Counted from the stretch's first letter, positions 28,501 to 36,358 are shown. The stretch: 64,000 bases of DNA from Comamonadaceae bacterium (GCA_027484105.1 JAIXUG010000001.1:27599-91598), one strand, 5' to 3'. Numbers and translations: made by a program. Notes: generated by a model from the letters alone, not told the origin.

Positions 28501-28664
28501 TGCTGGCCCTGGTGCCTTTCCTGTTTGCCACAGGCCCGGGCTCGGAAGTGCAACGGCCCTTGGCGGTCGTTGTGATCGGGGGTTTGATTTCCTCTACATT
28601 ACTGACATTGGTCGTTTTGCCTGCCCTTTACCGGTGGTTCGATGACATGCCACAAGAAGCTTGA
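25575..28664 (+). CDS. CusA/CzcA-family (HME-type) RND efflux permease
   Basis: 1029 aa with a 12-TM ACR_tran architecture. The TM4 motif is 'AIGLMVDGTVVVVEN'. Confidence 0.9.
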   Translation: MLKSLIRAALSQRLLVLVVAIVLLGFGGRAAMRLSVDAFPDVTNVQVQVATEVPGRSPEEVERFVTMPLEVAMTGLPGLTEMRALNRAGLSLVTLVFTDKTDVYFARQLVMERLLEVTPRMPEGVVPVLGPVSTGLGEVYQYTLVHPDDGQRQLSENELMERRVIQDWVLRPMLRSIPGVAEINSMGGLERQFQVLVNPDRLRHYRLTLREVLEAVERNNANSGGGLLRSSAEQYLIRGVGLIQTADDIGNIILKESGDVPVFVRDVAQVQVGAAVRQGAIVRNGETEAVAGIVMMLRGANAKDVVGRVKNKVEEINQKGLLPGGLQIEPFYDRTELVDSALWMVTKVLLEGIVFIVIILLLFLGDVRSSLVVVATIVITPLVTFMMMNQLGLSANLMSLGGLAIAIGLMVDGTVVVVENVFHKLGLAGPGRESKLRIILEATNEIAKPTVYGMSIIILVFLPLMTLTGMEGKMFAPLALTIAIALAVSLAVSLFLSPVLCSYILRGGSEHDTKPIAFLKRHYLTVLHVALGAEKKTIAIAVALLVGSLSLFPLLGKSFIPTMKEGNIVPQLIRVPSIALEESLKVEFEAMKIVSQVPGVKSVVAKLGRGESLADPVGPNESDPIVVIDREAGRTQTEIEEDIRKALAVLPGVQVIMNQPIAQRVDEMVTGVRSQLAIKVFGDDLAELKRISEEVARITSTVPGAIDLRVERLSGQQTLTIEIDRQSIARYGINVSDVNDLIETAFGGNEVGQLYEGQRRFAIVVRYPNEYRNSIQTIRNTTLKTSDGTLVPLSAVASIELLDSPPTISREFGKRRVVVGANVSGRDLGGFVQEVQRRVDAELILPDGYYLSWGGQFENMERAMATLTIIVPLTIAAIFFLLFMLFNSVRLASLIIMVLPFASIGGVIALFVSGEYISVPASVGFIALWGIAVLNGVVLVSSIRKLREDGMSVAAAVREGCVQRFRPVLMTATVAMLALVPFLFATGPGSEVQRPLAVVVIGGLISSTLLTLVVLPALYRWFDDMPQEA

Positions 28665-28679
28665 ATTTGGAGTTTGTTG

Positions 28680-29009
28680 ATGAAAGAAGTACGAGCCATC
28701 ATTCGCCCCAACCGTCGCGAGCGTTTGCGAGAAGCTTTGCGGGCCATCCCCAATTTTCCAGGTGTTTCCATGTTCAGCGCGCAGGGCTTCACAGCCCCGG
28801 CGTCTGTCGATAAACGCAGTGTGCGTGACGAGTTGACCGACTTCACAGAGAAGTTCATGGTTTGCGTTTTGTGTCCCGATGACATGGTGGAAACCATTCG
28901 TGAAACCATCATCAAATCGTGCAGCACCGGTCAAATCGGCGATGGCTTGGTCTGGGTGCTGGACGTGGCCACAGTGCACCGCATCCGCAACAGTGAGCCC
29001 ATGGCCTGA
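28680..29009 (+). CDS. PII-like (GlnB-superfamily) small protein with a divergent T-loop, RND-associated
   Basis: It aligns by eye with the GlnK in this window: 'MKEVRAIIRP...' versus '[10 protein letters not shown]', and 'TGQIGDGLVWVLDV..VHRIRN' versus '[20 protein letters not shown]'. The 'YRGAEY' T-loop is absent. Confidence 0.75.
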   Translation: MKEVRAIIRPNRRERLREALRAIPNFPGVSMFSAQGFTAPASVDKRSVRDELTDFTEKFMVCVLCPDDMVETIRETIIKSCSTGQIGDGLVWVLDVATVHRIRNSEPMA

Positions 29010-29083
29010 TGCCATCTTCCGCAGGACTGCGACATGATCGGCCTGCTTGAGTCCTGGCGTGTTCAGGCCCAATCATTTTCAAG

Positions 29084-30241
29084 GTGGCGGAGCCTCTGAT
29101 CAACCCCTCTCGTACATCAGGATCGGCGGCATTGGCTGCAGCATTGCTCGCCACCCGCCAACGCACACTCGGTCTGATGCAGGCTTGGCAAGCGGCATTG
29201 CCCGATCTGGCTGTGCCACCCTCACCCGGCATGAATCCGCCTCTTTGGGAGTGGGGCCACATCGCCTGGTTCCAAGAGTGGTGGACAGTGCGCAACCGCC
29301 AGCGCCACGAAGGCATTCGCAGTGCATCGTCAGGCGATGGCTTCGCCCCCTCGCTCATGCCGCATGCCGACGCACTGTACAACTCCAGTGAAGTCGCCCA
29401 CGACAGCCGCTGGTCGCTGGCCCTGCCCGACTTTGAACACACCCAAGGGTATTTGTCTGACGTGCTGGCACACAGCTTGGCGCATTTGCAGGCCACGCCC
29501 GATGCCAGCGATGAGGCCCTGTACTTTTGGCGGCTCGTTCTGCAACACGAGGCCATGCACAACGAAGCCTCGGTTTACATGGCACAAGACCTCGGTCTGG
29601 CTGTACCCGAAACCCTGTGCGTTGGGCACACGCACACGGCGCATCCCGGTGCCGACACCCCGCTGCACCTGCCTGCCCAAGAGTGGACCTTGGGTCACCA
29701 CGGGCCCGGCTTTGCGTTTGACAACGAGTGTCTTGCCCACACTGTCCGTTTGCAGGCCTTCGACATCGATGCGAATGCGGTGACTTGGTCCCAATACCTG
29801 CCGTTTGTGCAGGCCACGGGCTATGCCCTGCCGCCGCACGTGCGTTGCGAACAAGGCGTTTGGCAAATGCGTCGCATGGGCGCTTGGCGAACGATGGACC
29901 CCCAGGCGCCCGTGGTGCATGTGAATGCGGTGGATGCCCAGGCCTGGTGCGAATGGGCTGGCAGGCGTTTGCCCACCGAGGCCGAATGGGAGTGTGCCGC
30001 ACACGCCACGGGTTTTGTGTGGGGCCAGGTGTGGGAGTGGACCGCCAGCGACTTCGCGCCTTACCCGGGTTTTGTGGCCCACCCCTACCGCGACTACTCC
30101 GAACCCTGGTGGCACGACCACCGTGTGCTGCGCGGCGCTTGTGCCGCCACTTCAGCCCATCTGATGGATGTGCGTTACCGCAACTTCTTTGCACCGCAGC
30201 GGCGGGACATCTTTGCAGGGTTCCGGTCGGTGGCGCTTTGA
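29084..30241 (+). CDS. senA: EgtB-family sulfoxide/selenoxide synthase (DinB_2 + FGE-sulfatase domains); SenA (selenoneine synthase) candidate
   Basis: 'WEWGHIAWFQEWW', the iron-binding motif 'LQHEAMHNE', and C-terminal 'RLPTEAEWE', 'VWEWTASDF', 'RGACAATS', 'YRNFF'. The GTG start at 29084 is uncertain. Confidence 0.75.
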   Translation: MAEPLINPSRTSGSAALAAALLATRQRTLGLMQAWQAALPDLAVPPSPGMNPPLWEWGHIAWFQEWWTVRNRQRHEGIRSASSGDGFAPSLMPHADALYNSSEVAHDSRWSLALPDFEHTQGYLSDVLAHSLAHLQATPDASDEALYFWRLVLQHEAMHNEASVYMAQDLGLAVPETLCVGHTHTAHPGADTPLHLPAQEWTLGHHGPGFAFDNECLAHTVRLQAFDIDANAVTWSQYLPFVQATGYALPPHVRCEQGVWQMRRMGAWRTMDPQAPVVHVNAVDAQAWCEWAGRRLPTEAEWECAAHATGFVWGQVWEWTASDFAPYPGFVAHPYRDYSEPWWHDHRVLRGACAATSAHLMDVRYRNFFAPQRRDIFAGFRSVAL

Positions 30242-30248
30242 GCGATTT

Positions 30249-31217
30249 TCAGGCCTGCGCCCAAAACACCGCGAAACGCTCGGCCGGGTCCGTCCAAAAC
30301 TCGGTGCTGGCAAAACCGGCTTGGCGCAGCAAAGCACCAAAGTCAGGCACGCGCCACTTGTAAGCGTTCTCGGTGTGGATGGTCTCGCCCGCAGCGAACG
30401 CGCGCTCGCCGCCAGGCCAGCGCACGGTCAGGGCTTGGCGTGCCTGCAGGTGCATCTCCACCCGCGATTGGACCGCGTTGAACCGCGACAGGTGTTGCCA
30501 GTCGCGCACCGCAAAGTCGCTGCCCACCAAGCGGTTGATGTGCAGCAACAAATTCAAATCGAAAGCGGCCGTCACACCCAAAGCATCGTCGTAGGCGGCT
30601 TCCAGCTCGGCGGGGTCTTTGAGCAAATCCACTCCGATGAACAAACCGCTGCCCGGCGCCGTGCCGCAACAGGTGTGCAGTTGGCGCAAAAACACCAGTG
30701 ACTCATTCGGCGTGAAGTTGCCGATGCTCGAACCTGGGTAGAACAGCACCCGCGGCTGTGCCGGGTCCAAGCCGAGCGCTGGCGGCAAGCTCAAGCCCGA
30801 AGAAAAGTCCAAGCCCACCCCCGCCATGGGCAAATCGGGGTATTGGCGTTGCAAACACGCGAGCGCGTGGCGCAAAAAATCCACCGAGATGTCCACCGCC
30901 ACATAGCGCCCCGCGGAGAACGCCCCCAACAAGCGCCCGGCTTTTTCGCAATTGCCAGCCCCCAAATCAATCCAGCAAGCCGCAGACGGCAAACGCGCGA
31001 TCATGGCCGGTGTGTGCAAGCCCATGGCCTGCGCCTCGTTGCGCGTGACGTCGTATTCCGGCAGCTCGGTGATGGCCTCGAACAGGCGCGAGCCCAATGC
31101 GTCGTAGAGGTATTTGGGCGAAGTGAAGGCCTGCGGGGCGCTCAAGCCCTGAAGGAGTTCCTGCGCCACGGCGGCGGCGTTGTGTTGGTACAGCTGGATG
31201 AATTGGGGTGTGGTCAT
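30249..31217 (-). CDS. egtD: L-histidine N-alpha-methyltransferase (hercynine synthase) EgtD
   Basis: 'SPKYLYDALGSRLFEAITELPEYDVTRNE', 'YPGSSIGNF', 'DDALGVTAAFDLNLL'. These are EgtD/Methyltransf_33 signatures. Confidence 0.9.
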   Translation of the reverse strand: MTTPQFIQLYQHNAAAVAQELLQGLSAPQAFTSPKYLYDALGSRLFEAITELPEYDVTRNEAQAMGLHTPAMIARLPSAACWIDLGAGNCEKAGRLLGAFSAGRYVAVDISVDFLRHALACLQRQYPDLPMAGVGLDFSSGLSLPPALGLDPAQPRVLFYPGSSIGNFTPNESLVFLRQLHTCCGTAPGSGLFIGVDLLKDPAELEAAYDDALGVTAAFDLNLLLHINRLVGSDFAVRDWQHLSRFNAVQSRVEMHLQARQALTVRWPGGERAFAAGETIHTENAYKWRVPDFGALLRQAGFASTEFWTDPAERFAVFWAQA

Positions 31218-31290
31218 GTGGCGATGCTAACCCGTGGCATTGATTCTGTGCATCGATGGCCGAGTTCAGCGAGCGCCGTGGCCCGTCGGG

Positions 31291-32502
31291 TTAACGCAAA
31301 AACCGCTCGGCCAACTGACACCAAAACGCAGCACCACAGGTGAGGTTGTCATCGTTGAAGTCATAGCCCGCGTTGTGCAGACCCCGGCCTTTGACCAAGG
31401 GGCCGTTGCCAATCCTGATCAGCGCTCCTGGGCACGCTTGGAGCATGTAGGCAAAGTCTTCACTTCCGGTGATTTGTGGGTGTTCCAATTCGACGCCATC
31501 AGGGCCCATCAAATCGTTGGCAACTTCTGCAGCCAGATCGACGGCCTCTGGTGTGTTGATCAAGACGGGGTAGCCTTCGATGTATTGGATGTCGGCTTGT
31601 GTGTCGTGTGCTTGCGCGATGCCCGAGATGATGTCGGTGATTCGTTTTTGCAGCAGTGCGCGAACAGCAGGAGAAAACGACCTGACGCTGATGCCGATTT
31701 CGGCCATCTCGGGTATCACGTTCAAGGCGTCGCCTGACCGAAAGCGCCCGACCGTGACCACCGCCGTTTCTGCCGGGTCGACATTTCTGGCCACCACGGT
31801 TTGCAAAGAGCTGACGATGGCTGCGGCGGCGACGAGTGGATCGGCAGCCAAGTGAGGTCTTGCCGCATGCCCGCCAACGCCCAAAATTTTCACGAACACG
31901 CGGTCGCCCGCTGCCATGAATGCACCGCGTCGCAACAAAATTCGGCCTTGTTCTACTCCCGGATGGTTGTGCATGGCATACACCGCATCGCACGGGAACC
32001 TGTCAAAGAGTCCGTCATTGACCATGGCTTTGGCACCGCTGTCAAAGCCCTTCTCCTCTGCGGGCTGAAAGATCAGGTTGAGGGTGCCCGAAAAATTCCG
32101 GTGTTTGGCCAGGTGCCTTGCAGCACCCAGCAGCATCGTCATGTGGCCATCGTGGCCACAGGCATGCATGCGACCCGCAACGGTGCTCGCATGCGCTGCC
32201 CCTGTGCACTCGTGGATAGGCAGGGCGTCCATGTCGGCACGAATGCCCAGACGCTTGGAGCCTGTGCCATTTTTCAGCGTACCCACCAAACCTGTACCGC
32301 CAATGCCTCTTGTCACCACATACCCGTATTCTTCGAGCTTTTGTGCCATGAGGCGGGAGGTTTGGTGCTCCGCAAAGGCCAGTTCGGGGTGCTGGTGAAG
32401 GTATTTGCGGATGCGTGTCAACTCATCCGCATGAGGCTTCAAGTCCTCAATACGCGTGTATTGAAAAGGTTGCACGGAGGGTGATGACACGGAATCGCTC
32501 AT
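31291..32502 (-). CDS. M20D-family amidohydrolase (hippurate hydrolase / N-acyl-amino-acid amidohydrolase-like)
   Basis: 'MHACGHDGH' metal-binding motif and 'HNHPG'. 403 aa. Confidence 0.85.
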   Translation of the reverse strand: MSDSVSSPSVQPFQYTRIEDLKPHADELTRIRKYLHQHPELAFAEHQTSRLMAQKLEEYGYVVTRGIGGTGLVGTLKNGTGSKRLGIRADMDALPIHECTGAAHASTVAGRMHACGHDGHMTMLLGAARHLAKHRNFSGTLNLIFQPAEEKGFDSGAKAMVNDGLFDRFPCDAVYAMHNHPGVEQGRILLRRGAFMAAGDRVFVKILGVGGHAARPHLAADPLVAAAAIVSSLQTVVARNVDPAETAVVTVGRFRSGDALNVIPEMAEIGISVRSFSPAVRALLQKRITDIISGIAQAHDTQADIQYIEGYPVLINTPEAVDLAAEVANDLMGPDGVELEHPQITGSEDFAYMLQACPGALIRIGNGPLVKGRGLHNAGYDFNDDNLTCGAAFWCQLAERFLR

Positions 32503-33482
32503 TCCGCGACGATGTTGTTGGCCTTGGCGATGCGCTGGTAAAACTGGATTCGATCTCCGATTTCAGTGCGGTAGGCGGCAGGTGAGATGTCCTCGGGCAC
32601 CATCATCCCCTTGTCTGTCCAAACCGACTGGGTGGCCGGTTCGTTCAAAATGCCGCGCACAGTCCTGTACAGCAGTTGAACGATGGGCTCGGGGGTGTTG
32701 GCAGGCGCGGCAAGCCCTGTCCAAGAGGTGAGGTTCAGATCGGGCAATTTGAGCTCGGCAAACGTGGGGACATCTGGCAGTTGAGGCACGCGTTGCGGTG
32801 CGGCCACGGCCAGGGCACGCAGGTTGCCGTTGCGGATGTTGGCGATGTTGGAAGACAGGTTGTTCCAGGTCAATTGAACTTGACCGGAAAGCAAGTCCAC
32901 CAGCGCAGGACCGGCCCCACGGTAGGCAATGTGTGCCATCGGCAATTTCGCCTGAACCTTCATCAACTCCATGCTCAGGTGAGACACAGAGCCAATGCCC
33001 GCGCTGGCATAGCTCAGTTTGTCTGGGTTGGCTTGTGCGTACTTCACCAAATCGGCAAAAGATTTGACAGGCAGATCTTTGTTGACAAGCAACACATTGG
33101 CCAAGCGGTCAATCAAGGTGATGGGGGCAAAGTCTTTGAGAGCGTCGTAAGGCAATTTGGGGTTGACCGCAGGATTGACCACATGCGTGCTTTGCGAAGT
33201 CACCACCAAGGTGTAGCCGTCTGGGGCCGCTTTGGCCGCAAAACTCGAACCAATGGCACCGCCTGCCCCTGCTTTGTTGTCCACAATGACCGGGACTTTC
33301 AGTACCCGGCTCAAGCGTTCGGCCATCAGGCGTCCCGAGTTGTCCACGGCTCCACCCGGCGCGAAAGGCACGACCAAGGTGATGGGCTTGGACGGATAGC
33401 CCACTTGGGCGAAGGCTTGGTGCAGGGGCGTCAAAGAGCTGGCTGCGGCCAGGCCCATCATTTGGCGTCGATTGAGTTGCAT
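32499..33482 (-). CDS. Bug-family (TctC-like) tripartite tricarboxylate transporter substrate-binding protein
   Basis: Signal peptide 'MQLNRRQMMGLAAASSLTPLHQAFAQ' followed by 'YPSKPITLVVPFAPGGAVD'. Confidence 0.85.
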   Translation of the reverse strand: MQLNRRQMMGLAAASSLTPLHQAFAQVGYPSKPITLVVPFAPGGAVDNSGRLMAERLSRVLKVPVIVDNKAGAGGAIGSSFAAKAAPDGYTLVVTSQSTHVVNPAVNPKLPYDALKDFAPITLIDRLANVLLVNKDLPVKSFADLVKYAQANPDKLSYASAGIGSVSHLSMELMKVQAKLPMAHIAYRGAGPALVDLLSGQVQLTWNNLSSNIANIRNGNLRALAVAAPQRVPQLPDVPTFAELKLPDLNLTSWTGLAAPANTPEPIVQLLYRTVRGILNEPATQSVWTDKGMMVPEDISPAAYRTEIGDRIQFYQRIAKANNIVAE

Positions 33483-33558
33483 GAGGTGCTTTCTGGATGA
33501 AAGCACAGAGATTAGTCAGAAGAATGACGCTGTACAAACGACAAAGTCATCGCCCTCG

Positions 33559-33573
33559 ATAACCTAATGTTAT
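33559..33573. promoter_or_regulatory. LysR-type T-N11-A palindromic box in the divergent Bug/LysR intergenic region
   Basis: Perfect dyad 'ATAAC-CTAAT-GTTAT', 11 nt upstream of the LysR gene start. Confidence 0.55.
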
Positions 33574-33583
33574 AAAGCAAACC

Positions 33584-34492
33584 ATGAAAGTTCGGTCTCC
33601 TTCCATGGTGGAGATGCACGCGTTTCTCGCGGTGTGTCGTGTGAAAAGCTTCAAAGGTGCGGCCGAGCAGTTGTGTGTGACGCAAGCGGCTGTGAGCAAG
33701 GCCGTGCAGAGACTTGAAGAGCACTTGGGTGGCGTCAGGCTTTTTGACAGAAATTCAGCAGGCGTGGTGTTGACCGAACGGGGTGTTGAACTCAGCAAAT
33801 TGATACAGCGCCCCATCTTGGCATTGGAATCGGCTTTTGAAAGCTTCGGCAATGCCTTGCAATCTCGCCCTGTCCGAATCAGTGTGATTCCCACATTGGG
33901 CATCCAGTGGTTTTTGCCCCGACTGCCGCAGCTCCGGCAGATACATCCCGATTTGAGCATCGAGATGCGGCAATTCAGGCACGACGAGGACTTCACCCGG
34001 GATGACGTTGATTTTTGGATTGAGGTCAAGCGCCCCTACCGGAAATGGCCTGACCATGTGCACACACGCTACTTGCTAGGGCGTGAACTGGTGCCAGTCT
34101 GTACACCTGAACTCAAGAAGCGATACCGCAAGCCTAAAGACCTGCATTCGGCCACCTTGCTGGGGCACACCAATTTTCCCGACAACTGGGCAAGGTGGTT
34201 TGATGCAGCAGGCGTGCCTTTCACGCCTCGCTTGGGCCCCAGCTTTGACCTGACCATGAATTTGATCGTGGCGGCCAAATCCGGTATGGGCGTTGCCGTC
34301 GTGCCTGCTTGCCTCGTTCAGCTTGAACTCATCAAGGGCGAGTTGGTCAAGCCCTTCGATACAGAGGTCTCTTGCGGGCGAGGTTACTTTTTATGTCGGC
34401 ACAAGGACGCGCCCCACTTTGACGCTGGCGACCGATTCGCTGATTGGCTGGTCAAGCAAACCGCCGATGACCACTTTCATGGGGCTCTCTGA
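33584..34492 (+). CDS. LysR-family transcriptional regulator (GcvA-like)
   Basis: HTH 'FKGAAEQLCVTQAAVSKAVQRLE'. It is divergent from the Bug-M20 unit. Confidence 0.85.
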   Translation: MKVRSPSMVEMHAFLAVCRVKSFKGAAEQLCVTQAAVSKAVQRLEEHLGGVRLFDRNSAGVVLTERGVELSKLIQRPILALESAFESFGNALQSRPVRISVIPTLGIQWFLPRLPQLRQIHPDLSIEMRQFRHDEDFTRDDVDFWIEVKRPYRKWPDHVHTRYLLGRELVPVCTPELKKRYRKPKDLHSATLLGHTNFPDNWARWFDAAGVPFTPRLGPSFDLTMNLIVAAKSGMGVAVVPACLVQLELIKGELVKPFDTEVSCGRGYFLCRHKDAPHFDAGDRFADWLVKQTADDHFHGAL

Positions 34493-34611
34493 ATCAACCC
34501 ATGGCTAACACGCGTGTCTGTCCACCACACCGGCAGTGGTCTCTGAGGCATGGAGGTGCCTGGTTTTTTGTTTCGCTGTTTAATCAAGCTCTTCTTTATT
34601 TTCAACACACC

Positions 34612-35490
34612 ATGATGCTTACCCTTCAAAAAAATTGGCGTTCCAGCTTTCTGGCCATGTCGGCAGCTTTGGTGCTGCAGTTTGCATGGGGCTCGGCTCA
34701 AGCCCAAACCACCTTGCGCGTGACCACCATCCCCGAGGAAGCCGCCACCGAACAGGTGCGCAAGTTCACGCCTTTGGCCTCGTACCTCGAAAAGCAGTTG
34801 GGCATGAAGGTGGTGTTCACGCCCGTGACCGACTACCCCGCTGCGGTGGAGTCGCTGGTGAACAAGAAGGTGGATGTGGTCTGGTTTGGTGGCTTCACCT
34901 TTGTGCAAGCGAGCATCCGCTCGGGCGGCAAGATCGTGCCCATTGCCCAGCGTGAAGAGGACACCCGCTTTCAGTCGGTGTTCATCGCCAAGACCAACTC
35001 GGGCATCAAAAGCTTGGCCGACATGAAAGGCAAGCAAGTTTCGTTCGGCTCGCAAAGCAGCACCTCGGGCCACCTGATGCCGCGCAGCTTTTTGCTGCAA
35101 GCCAACATCGACCCTGAAAAAGACTTCAAACGCATCGCCTACAGCGGCGCGCACGACGCCACCATCGCCTCGGTGGTCAGTGGCAAGGTCGACGCCGCTG
35201 CGCTGGACATCACGGTCTGGCGCAAGTTTGTGTCCGAGAACAAGGTCAACACACAAGACGTGAACGTGTTCTTCACCACCGCGCCTTACTTCAACTACAA
35301 CTGGTCGGTGCATGCCGACATGCCCGCCGATTTGCGCGAAAAGATCAAGGCGGCCTTGCTGGCCCTGAACCCGGCCAACCCCGAGCACGCCGAGATCCTG
35401 AAGCTCAACCGCGCCACCCGCTATGTGCCGACCACGCCCGAGAACTACAAGGGCCTGGAGTCGGCGGCCCGCAGTGCGGGTTTGCTTTAA
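34612..35490 (+). CDS. PhnD-family ABC substrate-binding protein (phosphonate/phosphite-type; of the kind annotated 'putative selenate ABC transporter SBP')
   Basis: Signal peptide 'FLAMSAALVLQFAWGSAQA'. PhnD-like motifs 'LRVTTIPEE', 'VDVVWFGGFTFV', 'SSTSGHLMPR'. Confidence 0.75.
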   Translation: MMLTLQKNWRSSFLAMSAALVLQFAWGSAQAQTTLRVTTIPEEAATEQVRKFTPLASYLEKQLGMKVVFTPVTDYPAAVESLVNKKVDVVWFGGFTFVQASIRSGGKIVPIAQREEDTRFQSVFIAKTNSGIKSLADMKGKQVSFGSQSSTSGHLMPRSFLLQANIDPEKDFKRIAYSGAHDATIASVVSGKVDAAALDITVWRKFVSENKVNTQDVNVFFTTAPYFNYNWSVHADMPADLREKIKAALLALNPANPEHAEILKLNRATRYVPTTPENYKGLESAARSAGLL

Positions 35491-35508
35491 AGCCTGAGCC
35501 GTTTCGCA

Positions 35509-36345
35509 GTGCACATCGATCTGCAGTCTTTGGAGGCCCGCCACCCGGCCGCCCTGCCCGGTGCGGCTGCGGCTTTGCGCGCCCTGGACCTGCAACTGGC
35601 CGCGGGCGAACAGGTGGCCATCATCGGCCCCTCGGGCGCGGGCAAGACCACCTTGCTGCAGGTTCTGGCCTGCGCGCAACCGCCCACCCAGGGCACGCTG
35701 CAGTTGTCGGGCGTGAACCCCTGGACGCAATCGCCTGGCGAATTGCGCGGTTTGCGGGGTCGCTTGTTTTTGGCCCCGCAGGTGCCGCCCTTGCCGCCGC
35801 GCCAGCGCGTGGTGACTTCGGTGCTGGCGGGGCGTTTGCCTGCCATGGGTTTGTGGGCGAGTCTGCGCTCCTTGTTTTACCCCGCCGACATCCCGGCGGC
35901 TTACGAAGCGCTGGCACATTTTGATTTGGCCGACAAATTGTTCGAACGGGTGGACCGCTTGTCGGGCGGTGAGCGTCAGCGTGTGGGCCTGGCCCGCGCC
36001 CTGTTGGCCCCGGCCAGTCTGTGGCTGATCGACGAGCCCTTGTCGGCACTCGACCCCATGCGCGCCCGCATGGCGATGACGGCTTTGGTGGGTTTGGCCG
36101 CCGAGCGCCAAGTGACGCTGGTGGCCACCTTGCACCAGGTGGACATGGCCTTGGCGCATTTCCCGCGCATCGTGGGTTTACGCGACGGGCAACTGGTGTT
36201 TGACTTGCCGTCTGCGCAAGTCAGCCGCGCACACCTGGCCCACCTGTATGACCAGCACGAACACGAGCTGCGCGGCGAAGCGCCGATGCGGGTGGACGAG
36301 CCAGCCCCGCCAGCGACTGCGCCAGCTGTGATGCATTGCCGCTGA
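35509..36345 (+). CDS. PhnC-like ABC transporter ATP-binding protein
   Basis: Walker A 'GPSGAGKTT', signature 'LSGGERQRV', Walker B 'LWLIDEP'. GTG start. Confidence 0.85.
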   Translation: MHIDLQSLEARHPAALPGAAAALRALDLQLAAGEQVAIIGPSGAGKTTLLQVLACAQPPTQGTLQLSGVNPWTQSPGELRGLRGRLFLAPQVPPLPPRQRVVTSVLAGRLPAMGLWASLRSLFYPADIPAAYEALAHFDLADKLFERVDRLSGGERQRVGLARALLAPASLWLIDEPLSALDPMRARMAMTALVGLAAERQVTLVATLHQVDMALAHFPRIVGLRDGQLVFDLPSAQVSRAHLAHLYDQHEHELRGEAPMRVDEPAPPATAPAVMHCR

Positions 36346-36358
36346 CGCGGCTTGCGCC

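Noticed and set aside
29021-29055. A hairpin between the PII-like gene and senA as a terminator.
   Set aside because: The stem is only 7 bp (CAGGACT/AGTCCTG) with a 21-nt loop and no T-tract. That is too weak to call a terminator, so it is mentioned only as context.
34477-36159. A 560-aa minus-strand ORF.
   Set aside because: It is antisense to the PhnD-like and PhnC-like genes, which carry a signal peptide and Walker motifs. Its composition is not protein-like.
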